A stretch of DNA of 64,000 bases from Coriobacteriia bacterium (GTDB taxonomy: Bacteria > Actinomycetota > Coriobacteriia > Anaerosomatales > PHET01), in the NCBI GenBank assembly GCA_035687245.1, contig DASRYH010000008.1, forward strand, positions 23,713-87,712, read 5' to 3'. Both the position numbers and the translations under genes were made by a program. The notes under the pieces were generated by a model. It saw only the letters and a program-made list of their open reading frames with translations. It did no database searches and had not been told where the DNA came from. Below are positions 1 to 8,279 of the stretch, in pieces; positions within the stretch are counted from its first letter, which is position 1, and every line of letters begins with the position of its first letter.

Positions 1-1136
1 TGGGCATCTGCGACCAGTCCGGCAACCTGATGAGCGGCGAGAACGCCATCAAGGCGATGGCTGTCCAGCGCGATCGCGGTAACGGTCTTGGCGGTGGCTT
101 CGCCGGCTACGGCATCTACCCCGAGTTCCCGGATCACTACTGCTTCCACATGATGTATCACGACCTGAAGGCGAAGGAGGAGGCCGAAGGCGTCTTCGAC
201 CGCTACTTCGTGGTCGACCTCGCCGAGCCGATGCCGACGCGCGCCGTCAAGGGCATCAGTGACGCCCCTCTCCTGTGGCGCTACTTCCTCCAGCCCGACC
301 CGCACAAGCTCGTCGAGTCTGAGATGACCGCCGACGACTTCATCGTGCACACGGTGATGCTCATCAACGCGAGTGTGGATGGTGCCTTCGTCGCCTCCAG
401 CGGCAAGAACATGGGCGCTTTCAAGGGAGTTGGCTTCCCCGAGGAGATCGGCCACTACTACCTCCTCGAGGAGTACGAAGGCCACACCTGGACCGGCCAC
501 AACCGCTTCCCGACCAACACGCCGGGCTGGTGGGGCGGTGCGCATCCGTTCACGCTGCTCGACTGGTCCATCGTGCACAACGGTGAGATCTCCAGCTACG
601 GCATCAACAGCCGCTATCTCGAGGCCTTCGGCTATAAGTGCACGCTCGGCACCGACACCGAGGTCGCGGCCTACCTGTTCGACCTGATGCTTCGCCGCCA
701 CAAGCTGCCGCTCGAGCTGGCCTGCAAGGCGCTCGCTTCGCCGCTGTGGAGCGAGATCGACCGCATGCCCGAAGAGCAGCAGGCCGTCATGCGCTCGCTG
801 CGCGCGGTCTACGGCCCGGGCATGCTCAACGGTCCGTTCGCCATCGTGCTCGGCTTCAACGGCGGCATGGTTGCTTTGAACGACCGCATCAAGCTGCGCC
901 CGCTCGTCGCCGCCACTCAGGGCTCGATCGTGATGGTCGCCTCCGAAGAGAGCGCGATGCGCGAGGTGCTCGACGCCCCCGATCGCGTGTGGGCGCCGAA
1001 GGCCGGCGAGCCCGTCATTGCTCGCGTCGAAACCTGCGAATGGCCCATCCACGGCGACCTGCACCTGCCGGCGCGTGAGATCTCGACGGCCGTTACCGGC
1101 GTCGAAATCGCCGAAGAGACTGTCGAGGTGAACTAG
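1..1136 (+). CDS. Class-II (Ntn) glutamine amidotransferase domain protein, glutamate-synthase domain-1 type (split archaeal-type GOGAT); 5' end outside window
   Basis: The reading frame is open to base 3 (GICDQSGNL precedes the first Met of the track ORF). GltS-GATase-like blocks are present: RGNGLGGGFAGYG, GHNRFPTNTPGWWGGAHPF, IVHNGEISSYG. It is followed directly by the FMN and GXGXG domain genes. Confidence 0.7.
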   Translation, partial: GICDQSGNLMSGENAIKAMAVQRDRGNGLGGGFAGYGIYPEFPDHYCFHMMYHDLKAKEEAEGVFDRYFVVDLAEPMPTRAVKGISDAPLLWRYFLQPDPHKLVESEMTADDFIVHTVMLINASVDGAFVASSGKNMGAFKGVGFPEEIGHYYLLEEYEGHTWTGHNRFPTNTPGWWGGAHPFTLLDWSIVHNGEISSYGINSRYLEAFGYKCTLGTDTEVAAYLFDLMLRRHKLPLELACKALASPLWSEIDRMPEEQQAVMRSLRAVYGPGMLNGPFAIVLGFNGGMVALNDRIKLRPLVAATQGSIVMVASEESAMREVLDAPDRVWAPKAGEPVIARVETCEWPIHGDLHLPAREISTAVTGVEIAEETVEVN

Positions 1137-1138
1137 AG

Positions 1139-2650
1139 ATGCCGACGAGCCTCATCCAGCCAGAGTTTCTGGTAGAGATCGACTACAACAAGTGCCACAA
1201 GTGCGGCCGCTGCGTGCAGCAGTGCGGCTGGGGCGTCTACTCGTTCAACGAGCGGCCGTTCCCGGATGACAGCAAGTGCCGTGCGTGCCACCGCTGTGTC
1301 ACCTACTGCCCGGCGCACTGCATCAAGATCCGCAAGAACGACCTCGCGCTGCGCGAGAACGCCAACTGGTCTTCAGAGCAGCGCAAGAACGTCTGGCGTC
1401 AGGCCGAGTCCGGTGGCGTCATGCTCACGGGCATGGGTAACGACAAGCCCTACCAGAGCATCTTCGACCACCTTGTTCTCGACGCGTGTCAGGTAACCAA
1501 CCCGTCCATCGACCCGCTCCGCGAGCCGATGGAGACGCGCACCTATCTGGGACGCAAGCCCGATAGCGTCGAGGTCGAAGCCGACGGCAACGGTGGCTAC
1601 CGCCTCAAAGAGGGCGCCGGCATCAAGAACAACGTGAAGCTCGACGTGCCGATCGTCTTCTCGCCGATGAGCTACGGCTCGGTGTCGCTGAACGTGCACA
1701 AGTCGCTCGCGATGGCCGCACAGCGTCTCGGCATCCTCATGAACACTGGTGAGGGCGGCCTTCACGCCGACCTCTATCCGTACCAGGACAACGTCATCGT
1801 CCAGGTCGCCTCGGGCCGCTTCGGCGTCAACCCTGAGTACCTGCAGCGCGGTGCCGCAATCGAGATCAAGGTCGGCCAGGGCGCCAAGCCGGGCATCGGC
1901 GGTCACCTGCCGGGCGAGAAGATCAACAAGGAAGTCTCGACTACCCGCATGATCCCGCAGGGTTCAGACGCCATCTCGCCGGCTCCGCACCACGACATCT
2001 ACTCGATCGAGGATCTTCGGCAGCTCATCTACTCGCTGAAGGAAGCCAGCGGCTACAAGCCTGTCGGCGTGAAGATCGCGGCGGTGCACAACGTGGGCGC
2101 GATCGCGTCGGGCATCGTGCGCGCCGGCGCGGACTACGTCTATCTCGACGGCTTCAAGGGCGGCACGGGTGCGGCTCCGGCCATCATTCGCGACCACATC
2201 GGTCTGCCGCTGGAGATCGCCATCGCCGTCGTCGACCAGCGCCTGCGCGACGAGGGCATCCGCAACCAGGCCTCGATCATCGCGGCCGGTTCGATCCGCT
2301 CTTCGGCCGACATGGCCAAGGCGATCGCGCTGGGCGCCGACGTCGTCGCCATCGGTTCTGCCTCGCTCATGGCCCTGGGCTGCCACCTCTGCCAGGGCTG
2401 CCACACGGGCTGCTGCTCGTGGGGTCTGACCACTCAGAAGCCCGAACTCACCCGCCGCGTGGATCCCGAGTGGGGAGCTGAGCGCCTGGTGAACCTCGTG
2501 CACGCGTGGAGCCACGAGCTGCAGGAGATCCTCGGTGCCCTTGGCGTAAACGCAGTCGAGTCGCTGCGCGGAAGCCGCGAGCGCCTTCGTGCCGTGGGCC
2601 TCGACGCCCAGACCTGCGAGATCATCGGCGTCAAGCCGGCGGGCCGGTAA
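1139..2650 (+). CDS. Glutamate synthase FMN-binding domain protein with N-terminal 2x[4Fe-4S] ferredoxin module (split GOGAT domain 2)
   Basis: Two Cys clusters, CHKCGRCVQQC and CRACHRCVTYCP. GltS FMN-domain blocks SPMSYGSVS, NTGEGG, KVGQGAKPGIGGHLPG, ISPAPHHDIYSIEDL. Starts 3 nt after the upstream stop. Confidence 0.8.
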   Translation: MPTSLIQPEFLVEIDYNKCHKCGRCVQQCGWGVYSFNERPFPDDSKCRACHRCVTYCPAHCIKIRKNDLALRENANWSSEQRKNVWRQAESGGVMLTGMGNDKPYQSIFDHLVLDACQVTNPSIDPLREPMETRTYLGRKPDSVEVEADGNGGYRLKEGAGIKNNVKLDVPIVFSPMSYGSVSLNVHKSLAMAAQRLGILMNTGEGGLHADLYPYQDNVIVQVASGRFGVNPEYLQRGAAIEIKVGQGAKPGIGGHLPGEKINKEVSTTRMIPQGSDAISPAPHHDIYSIEDLRQLIYSLKEASGYKPVGVKIAAVHNVGAIASGIVRAGADYVYLDGFKGGTGAAPAIIRDHIGLPLEIAIAVVDQRLRDEGIRNQASIIAAGSIRSSADMAKAIALGADVVAIGSASLMALGCHLCQGCHTGCCSWGLTTQKPELTRRVDPEWGAERLVNLVHAWSHELQEILGALGVNAVESLRGSRERLRAVGLDAQTCEIIGVKPAGR

Positions 2651-2665
2651 GGGGAGGACGACATA

Positions 2666-3484
2666 ATGACCACCAAGACCAACGCAGGCCCCATCGAGGG
2701 CTACGTGCAGGTCGTTCCGGCGATCGAGCGCGATGGCGACGTCGCGACTATCGAGTGCAAGGGCGTCTACTATAAGCAGGTCAATGAAGCCGTTCGCGGT
2801 GCGTTTGCCGACGGCGTGAAGACCGTGAAGCTCATGAACGTCAACGGCCAGCGCTACATCGGTACCGGCATCAAGGGCAAGGACCTGCGCATCGAGGTTT
2901 ACGGCACGCCGGGTCAGGATCTCGCCATGCTGATGGACGGTCCGACCGTCGAGATCTTCGGCAACGCGCAGGACGGTGTAGGCAACACGATGAACGCCGG
3001 CAACGTCATCGTTCACGGTGACGCCGGCGACGTGCTTGGCTACGGCATGCGTGGCGGCCGCGTCTTCATCAAGGGCGATGTGGGTTACCGCGTGGGCATC
3101 CACATGAAGGCCTACGAGGACCTGCGCCCGATCATGATCTGCGGCGGGCGTGCTCGTGACTTCTTCGGCGAGTATATGGCCGGTGGCCTGCTCGTGCTGC
3201 TGGGCATGAACTCGCGTCTCGAGGGCCCGCTCGTGGGCGGCTACCTCGGCACCGGAATGCACGGCGGCGAGATCTACCTGCGCGGTGAGGTCGAGCCGTG
3301 GCAGATCGGCAAGGAGTGCGGCATCTTCACCGCTTCCGAGGATGACATCGCCTCGATCAAGCCGATTCTCGCCGACTACTGCGAGGCTTTCGGCATGGAC
3401 CTCGACGAGGTGCTCTCCGTGCCGTTCACGCGCCTCGTGCCGATCAGCCACCGCCCCTACGGCAAGCTCTACACATACCTGTAG
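2666..3484 (+). CDS. GXGXG-motif beta-helix protein (glutamate synthase domain 3 / FwdC-like)
   Basis: Repeated G-x-G turns (VYGTPGQDLAMLMDG, IFGNAQDGVGNTMNAG, VHGDAGDVLGYGMRGG, IKGDVGYRVG) typical of the GltS C-terminal domain. SD-like ggggagg lies upstream. Confidence 0.75.
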   Translation: MTTKTNAGPIEGYVQVVPAIERDGDVATIECKGVYYKQVNEAVRGAFADGVKTVKLMNVNGQRYIGTGIKGKDLRIEVYGTPGQDLAMLMDGPTVEIFGNAQDGVGNTMNAGNVIVHGDAGDVLGYGMRGGRVFIKGDVGYRVGIHMKAYEDLRPIMICGGRARDFFGEYMAGGLLVLLGMNSRLEGPLVGGYLGTGMHGGEIYLRGEVEPWQIGKECGIFTASEDDIASIKPILADYCEAFGMDLDEVLSVPFTRLVPISHRPYGKLYTYL

Positions 3485-3592
3485 GCGGCGCGCGTCAAAA
3501 CGACCTTCGCAAACGTCCGACTCCTGCACCCAGAGCCGGGCGTTTGTGCTGGTAGACAGCGGTTTTAGCGAGGCGTTGCAGGAGTTGCCAAT

Positions 3593-3621
3593 GTTTCGGC
3601 AAAGCGAAACAGATACGAAAC
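3593..3621 (+). promoter_or_regulatory. Candidate GlnR-type operator upstream of glnA (GTTTC-n8-GAAAC-n6-GAAAC)
   Basis: Pentamers at 3593-3597, 3606-3610 and 3617-3621, about 84 nt upstream of the glnA ATG. The same GAAAC-n6-GAAAC unit occurs in sense orientation upstream of amtB. Confidence 0.4.
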
Positions 3622-3704
3622 ACAACGCCCCGTAGCATGTGTGTACGAACAAGTCAGTTTCCGTCCGACATCGCGCAAATAGCGCACGTGAAGGAGGTTC
3701 TTGT

Positions 3705-5036
3705 ATGTCGCCGAAGTTCGACAAGGACTACGTCCTTAAGACGGTCGAGGAGCGCAACGTCAAGTTCGTTCGCTTCTGGTTCACCGACGTGCTGGGCGTT
3801 CTTAAGTCGTTCGCCGTCACGGACAGCGAGCTCGAAGGCGCGTTCGAGGAGGGCATGGGCTTCGACGGCTCCTCCATCGACGGTTTCACCCGCATCCAGG
3901 AGTCGGACATGGTGGCGTTCCCGGATGCCTCCACTTTCCAGGTGCTCCCTTGGCGTCCCGAGGAGCAGGGTGTCGGCCGCATCTTCGCCGATATCACCCG
4001 TCCCGACGGCTCGCCGTTCGTGGGCGACCCCCGCTACGCCCTGAAGCGCATGCTCAAGAAGGCCGCCGACATGGGCTTCACCATGTACGTCGGTCCCGAG
4101 CTCGAGTTCTTCTACTTCGCTGATGATCAGGACACGGAGATCCTCGACCAGGGCGGCTACTTCGACCTGACCCCGCTCGATCTCGCCAGCGACCTTCGCC
4201 GCGAGACCGTTCTCACTCTTGAGAAGATGGGCATCCCGGTCGAGTACTCGCACCACGAGGTCGCCCCGTCCCAGCACGAGATCGACCTCCGCTATCAGGA
4301 GGCACTGACGATGGCTGACGCGGTCATGACCTACCGCCTCATCGTCAAGGAAGTCGCCATGGCCAACGGCGTCTACGCGACCTTCATGCCGAAGCCGATC
4401 GCCGGCATCAACGGCTCGGGTATGCACGTTCACCAGTCGCTGTTCACCAAGGACGGCAACGCGTTCTTCGACGCCAGCAAGCCGGGCCACCTGAGCGACA
4501 TCTGCAAGCACTACATCGCCGGTCTGCTGAAGTACGCTCCTGAGTTCTGTGCGGTCACCAACCCGCTCGTGAACTCCTACAAGCGACTCGTTCCTGGCTT
4601 CGAGGCCCCGGTCTACGTCTCGTGGGCCCAGGCCAACCGTTCCGCCATGGTTCGCGTGCCGCTCTACAAGCCGGGCAAGGAGAACGCCACTCGCATCGAG
4701 CTGCGCTCGCCGGACCCCTCCTGCAACCCGTATCTCGCGTTCGCCGTCATGCTCGGCGCCGGCCTCAAGGGTATCGAGGAGAAGCTTCCGCTCATGGACG
4801 AGGCGACCAACGACATCTTCGAGATGTCCCAGGCCGAGCTCGACGCCGCTGGCATCGCGACCCTTCCGGGCAACCTCGGCGAAGCCATCGAGCTGTTCGA
4901 GAAGTCCGAGACCATGAAGGAGATCCTGGGCGACCACATCCACTCCTTCTACAGCAAGAACAAGAAGGCCGAGTGGCGCGCCTACATCCAGGACGTCTCC
5001 GAGTGGGAGATCAAGCGCTACCTGAGCGTCATCTAG
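3705..5036 (+). CDS. glnA: Glutamine synthetase type I, GSI-alpha subtype
   Basis: ATG at 3705 with AAGGAGG at 3691-3697. Blocks FDGSSIDGF, GSGMHVHQSLF, NSYKRLVPGFEAP. About 443 aa with C-terminal NDIFEMSQAEL..LPGNL, Bacillus-like, and no NLYDLP adenylylation motif. Confidence 0.9.
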   Translation: MSPKFDKDYVLKTVEERNVKFVRFWFTDVLGVLKSFAVTDSELEGAFEEGMGFDGSSIDGFTRIQESDMVAFPDASTFQVLPWRPEEQGVGRIFADITRPDGSPFVGDPRYALKRMLKKAADMGFTMYVGPELEFFYFADDQDTEILDQGGYFDLTPLDLASDLRRETVLTLEKMGIPVEYSHHEVAPSQHEIDLRYQEALTMADAVMTYRLIVKEVAMANGVYATFMPKPIAGINGSGMHVHQSLFTKDGNAFFDASKPGHLSDICKHYIAGLLKYAPEFCAVTNPLVNSYKRLVPGFEAPVYVSWAQANRSAMVRVPLYKPGKENATRIELRSPDPSCNPYLAFAVMLGAGLKGIEEKLPLMDEATNDIFEMSQAELDAAGIATLPGNLGEAIELFEKSETMKEILGDHIHSFYSKNKKAEWRAYIQDVSEWEIKRYLSVI

Positions 5037-5061
5037 TCAAACGCACGAGAATCGGCTCCAA

Positions 5062-5096
5062 AGAGAGGCCCCCGGCGCACAGCCGGGGGCCTCTCT
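5062..5096 (+). terminator. Perfect 15-bp GC-rich hairpin after glnA
   Basis: AGAGAGGCCCCCGGC (5062-5076), loop GCACA, GCCGGGGGCCTCTCT (5082-5096). No clear U-tract, which is common in high-GC genomes. Confidence 0.6.
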
Positions 5097-5335
5097 CGTC
5101 GGGAGCCGGAGAACGGTTACGCGCACCGGCGCCATTCGCCCCGTCCTCTTCGCGACAAGCTGCAATAGAATGGGCGGGTACTGTGGAGTACGCTCGCACT
5201 TCGGCGCTGCCAATCGCAGTGCGGAAACCTGCCTGCAACACGGAGGAACTACTCTTGGTTTATAGGACATACAAAGCGCACCGGTAGGAGAGGAGCAAGC
5301 GGCTCTCCTGCGGGTTGAACGTTGGAGCAGCTGCA

Positions 5336-6007
5336 ATGCATATGAAGCGCGTGCTGATCGTCTCTGACGACATGCATACTCGAGCGTGGATCTCGCAAGG
5401 CGTCGCAGCGCTGGATGTTTCGGCGTCCGAGGCGTCCATGGGCGAGATGCAACGCCGGCTGCTCGACGGCGAGACGAACCTCGTCGTCATCGACGGAGGG
5501 CGCGCGCCAGATGCGCTCGCGCAGGTGGTGGAACATGCCTCTTCTAGCGGCACCGAGATTCGCATGCTCGTGATCGTCGAGCCTGAGGGCCTCGGCACGC
5601 TCCGGCTTCCGGTGCGCGTCCCCAGCGACTTCCTTGTGCGCGGCGCATCGACCGACGAGCTTGGTGCCCGCGTCCGTTCGCTGCTGTGGCCGGGCGAAGA
5701 GGTTACGACCCAAGAACTCGTTCGCATCGACGACCTCACGCTCAATCTGGCCACCTACCAGGCCTATCTCGACGGCACGGCCATCGACTTCACGTACCTC
5801 GAGTACGCGCTCTTCGCGTTTCTCGTCACGCACCCGGGCCGCACCTACTCGCGCGAAGTGCTACTGCGCCGTGTGTGGGGCAGCGACTATTACGGCGGCT
5901 CCCGCACCGTGGACGTCCACGTACGTCGCATCCGCTCCAAGATCGGCGGCGAGCTCTCGCGCAGGCTCGAGACGGTGCGCAACGTCGGCTACCTGTGGAA
6001 CGGCTAG
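5336..6007 (+). CDS. OmpR/PhoB-family response regulator, GlnR-like orphan nitrogen regulator
   Basis: Receiver-like N-terminus (KRVLIVSDD...NLVVIDGG) plus winged-helix C-terminus (LTLNLATYQAYLDG..IDFTYLEYALFAFL, RTVDVHVRRIRSKI, VRNVGY). No cognate kinase is adjacent, and it sits next to glnA. GGAG lies 8 nt upstream of ATG 5336; the track start at 5315 is a TTG. Confidence 0.65.
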   Translation: MHMKRVLIVSDDMHTRAWISQGVAALDVSASEASMGEMQRRLLDGETNLVVIDGGRAPDALAQVVEHASSSGTEIRMLVIVEPEGLGTLRLPVRVPSDFLVRGASTDELGARVRSLLWPGEEVTTQELVRIDDLTLNLATYQAYLDGTAIDFTYLEYALFAFLVTHPGRTYSREVLLRRVWGSDYYGGSRTVDVHVRRIRSKIGGELSRRLETVRNVGYLWNG

Positions 6008-6083
6008 TGCGACTAAAGTAAGAACGAGTCGCCGGTATCGCGCCGCAGGACTTGTCAGTCGCTTCGTCGTTCGGGGGTAGGGA

Positions 6084-8273
6084 ATGGCGACCGGACCGTT
6101 TCGCTTGCATGTCGCTGTAGATCGCGGGCACGGCCCCGTCTACGTGCTGCTGCACGGTATCAACTCCACAGGTCACGACTGGGACACCGTTGTCACGGCC
6201 ATGGGCTTCGACCGGCGTTGCGTCGCAGTGGATGAGCTTGGCTACGGCGAGTCGCCTAAGCCGCTCGACATCGACTACACGATCGACGATCACGTCGAGT
6301 CGCTGCGTTACACGCTTCGTGACATCGGAGTCGACGAGCCGTTCACGCTGGTGGGCTACTCGATGGGCGGCCCTATAGCGCTGCGGTACGCGGCGACCTA
6401 TCGCGAAGAGGTCGCTCGCCTCGTGCTCATCAGCGCGCCCTTCTTCCTGCGCCCGGACCAGATAGGTGACGACGCGTACGCCAAGGCGGTCTTCCAGAGC
6501 GAAGGCTCGCAGCAGGTGCTCTCGCTCGTCACGAGCGCACGCTTCGAAGGATCGGGCGTCTTCAAGAAGCTCTCGTCCGAGGAGTCCCAGCTAATCCAAG
6601 GCTTCATCAACGCCCGGGACTTGAAGACCGACTGGCAGATACTCCAGCGCAACATGGCGAACGTGATCCAGGGCTCCGACTTCCCAGCCGATCTCGTGCG
6701 CGTGAAGGCGCCGATCACCTTCATGGTGGGGGAGCACGACACCTTCATCGTGCAGTCACAGATCCAGACGCTTCGTGCCGAATATGCGCCGAGCATGGAG
6801 GTCCGAGTACTCGGCGACCTCAAAGCCGACCACATGCTGCTGGAGAACGTGCCAGTGATGATGGCCGGCGAGATCACCAAGTGGGAGGACCGCCGGCTCG
6901 CCGTCGCACTGGACCGTGGCGAGGGCGAGACCTTCGTCTTCCTGCACGGCATCGAGAACGACGGCTCCTTCTGGAACGAGGTCGCCGCCGCGGTGTCGAC
7001 GTCTAATCGCGCCATCTCGCTCGACATGCTCGGCTTCGGCTTCTCGCCCAAACCGCTCGATATCCCTTACAGCGTCGACAACCAGGTCGCCTCCATATGC
7101 GAGACGCTCGACGCGCTGCTCGCCGAAGGAACCCGGGTGACGTTTGTCGGCCACTCACTGGGTGCGCTGGTTGCCGCAGGCTACGCGCGTCGCTTCCCTG
7201 ACCAGGTCAGGCAGCTCGTGCTCTTCGTGCCACCTGTCGGTCACGACGACACGGAGGTGGGTAAGGAGCGCTTCGACAAAGCTCGTGCGACCTTCGTCAA
7301 CAGCTTCGGGGTGCTGCGTGAAAGCGGCGCGAAGCTCTCTCGCCGAAGCTTCGTGCGCAGCACGCTGGGCTCCACGAGGTTGGACCGCTACGAGCCGAGC
7401 CTACGCTCCATCGAGAATGTGATCGAGAAACGTCAGCTCGCAGACGACCTTTCGGCGACGAGCGTGCCTGTCACCGTTATAGCGGGCAAACGCGACCCGA
7501 TGGTCGTGCCCGAGGCGGTCGAAGCTCTCGCCGGCCTTCGCGAGGGCATCGAGGTCCGCGTGCTCGACAGCGGCCACGACATCGCTCACACACTGCCGGT
7601 CGAGGCGGTTGCAGCGATTGACCCGACCATCGACCCGGGAGTGGCGGCCGCAGTCGTCGAGAAGTCGAAGACCGACCGCAAGCTGAGGCCGTCGGCGCGC
7701 ACGCTTTCCGCGGCGCTTGACACTGATGCGCTTCTCGTGGGTGCACGCGGACTGCTGCTCATGATCTTCGGCGCCGGGCTGCTCTTCCTGCCTTCGGCCG
7801 GAGACCTCAACGTGCTGCGGTTCGCGTTTGCGGCCTTCGTATTCGTGCGTGCGGTCGCCACCATCACAGGGGTCTTCACCACGCACAGCATCCGGCAGGA
7901 GCAGATGACGTCGGCGATCATGGGCGTCGTAGGTATGGCCCTTGGGGCGTTCATGCTCTTCACGCCGTCCATGACGCTGCTGGTGCTGGTACTGTATGCG
8001 TGCGGCTACCTGCTGGTGACCGGCGTCGTCTACCTGTACGCCGCATGGCGCACTCAGTACTCGCCGAAAAGGCGCCGCAGGCTGCTTCTCGAGGGCAGCG
8101 TTTCTGCCGCAGCAGCACTGCTGCTGCTCGCCGGTTCGACGCTCGTCGCGAAGCTCATCGTCGCGTTTCTGACGGTCGGCTCGCTGAGCATGGGTTTTGC
8201 ACTGATCAGCTATGCACTTGTCGTGCGGCGCAGTGCCGCACTGACCGCGAATGCGGTCGTCGAGGAGGAGTAG
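6084..8273 (+). CDS. Tandem alpha/beta-hydrolase protein with C-terminal multi-pass membrane (DUF308/HdeD-like) domain
   Basis: Two hydrolase modules, each with an HG oxyanion motif and nucleophile elbow (VLLHGINS...GYSMGG; VFLHGIEN...GHSLGA). About 190 C-terminal residues are hydrophobic helices. Confidence 0.6.
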   Translation: MATGPFRLHVAVDRGHGPVYVLLHGINSTGHDWDTVVTAMGFDRRCVAVDELGYGESPKPLDIDYTIDDHVESLRYTLRDIGVDEPFTLVGYSMGGPIALRYAATYREEVARLVLISAPFFLRPDQIGDDAYAKAVFQSEGSQQVLSLVTSARFEGSGVFKKLSSEESQLIQGFINARDLKTDWQILQRNMANVIQGSDFPADLVRVKAPITFMVGEHDTFIVQSQIQTLRAEYAPSMEVRVLGDLKADHMLLENVPVMMAGEITKWEDRRLAVALDRGEGETFVFLHGIENDGSFWNEVAAAVSTSNRAISLDMLGFGFSPKPLDIPYSVDNQVASICETLDALLAEGTRVTFVGHSLGALVAAGYARRFPDQVRQLVLFVPPVGHDDTEVGKERFDKARATFVNSFGVLRESGAKLSRRSFVRSTLGSTRLDRYEPSLRSIENVIEKRQLADDLSATSVPVTVIAGKRDPMVVPEAVEALAGLREGIEVRVLDSGHDIAHTLPVEAVAAIDPTIDPGVAAAVVEKSKTDRKLRPSARTLSAALDTDALLVGARGLLLMIFGAGLLFLPSAGDLNVLRFAFAAFVFVRAVATITGVFTTHSIRQEQMTSAIMGVVGMALGAFMLFTPSMTLLVLVLYACGYLLVTGVVYLYAAWRTQYSPKRRRRLLLEGSVSAAAALLLLAGSTLVAKLIVAFLTVGSLSMGFALISYALVVRRSAALTANAVVEEE

Positions 8274-8279
8274 TCACGC

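Noticed and set aside
3639-3704. N-terminal extension of glnA (MCTNKSVSVRHRANSAREGGSC) suggested by the ORF track
   Set aside because: A strong AAGGAGG SD sits 7 nt before ATG 3705, and GS homology begins at MSPKFDKDY. The extension would cover the SD.
1964-3724. 586-aa minus-strand ORF overlapping the GltS FMN and GXGXG genes
   Set aside because: It lies antisense to two genes with clear conserved motifs. The product is Arg/Ala/Gly/Asp-rich low-information sequence typical of high-GC shadow ORFs.
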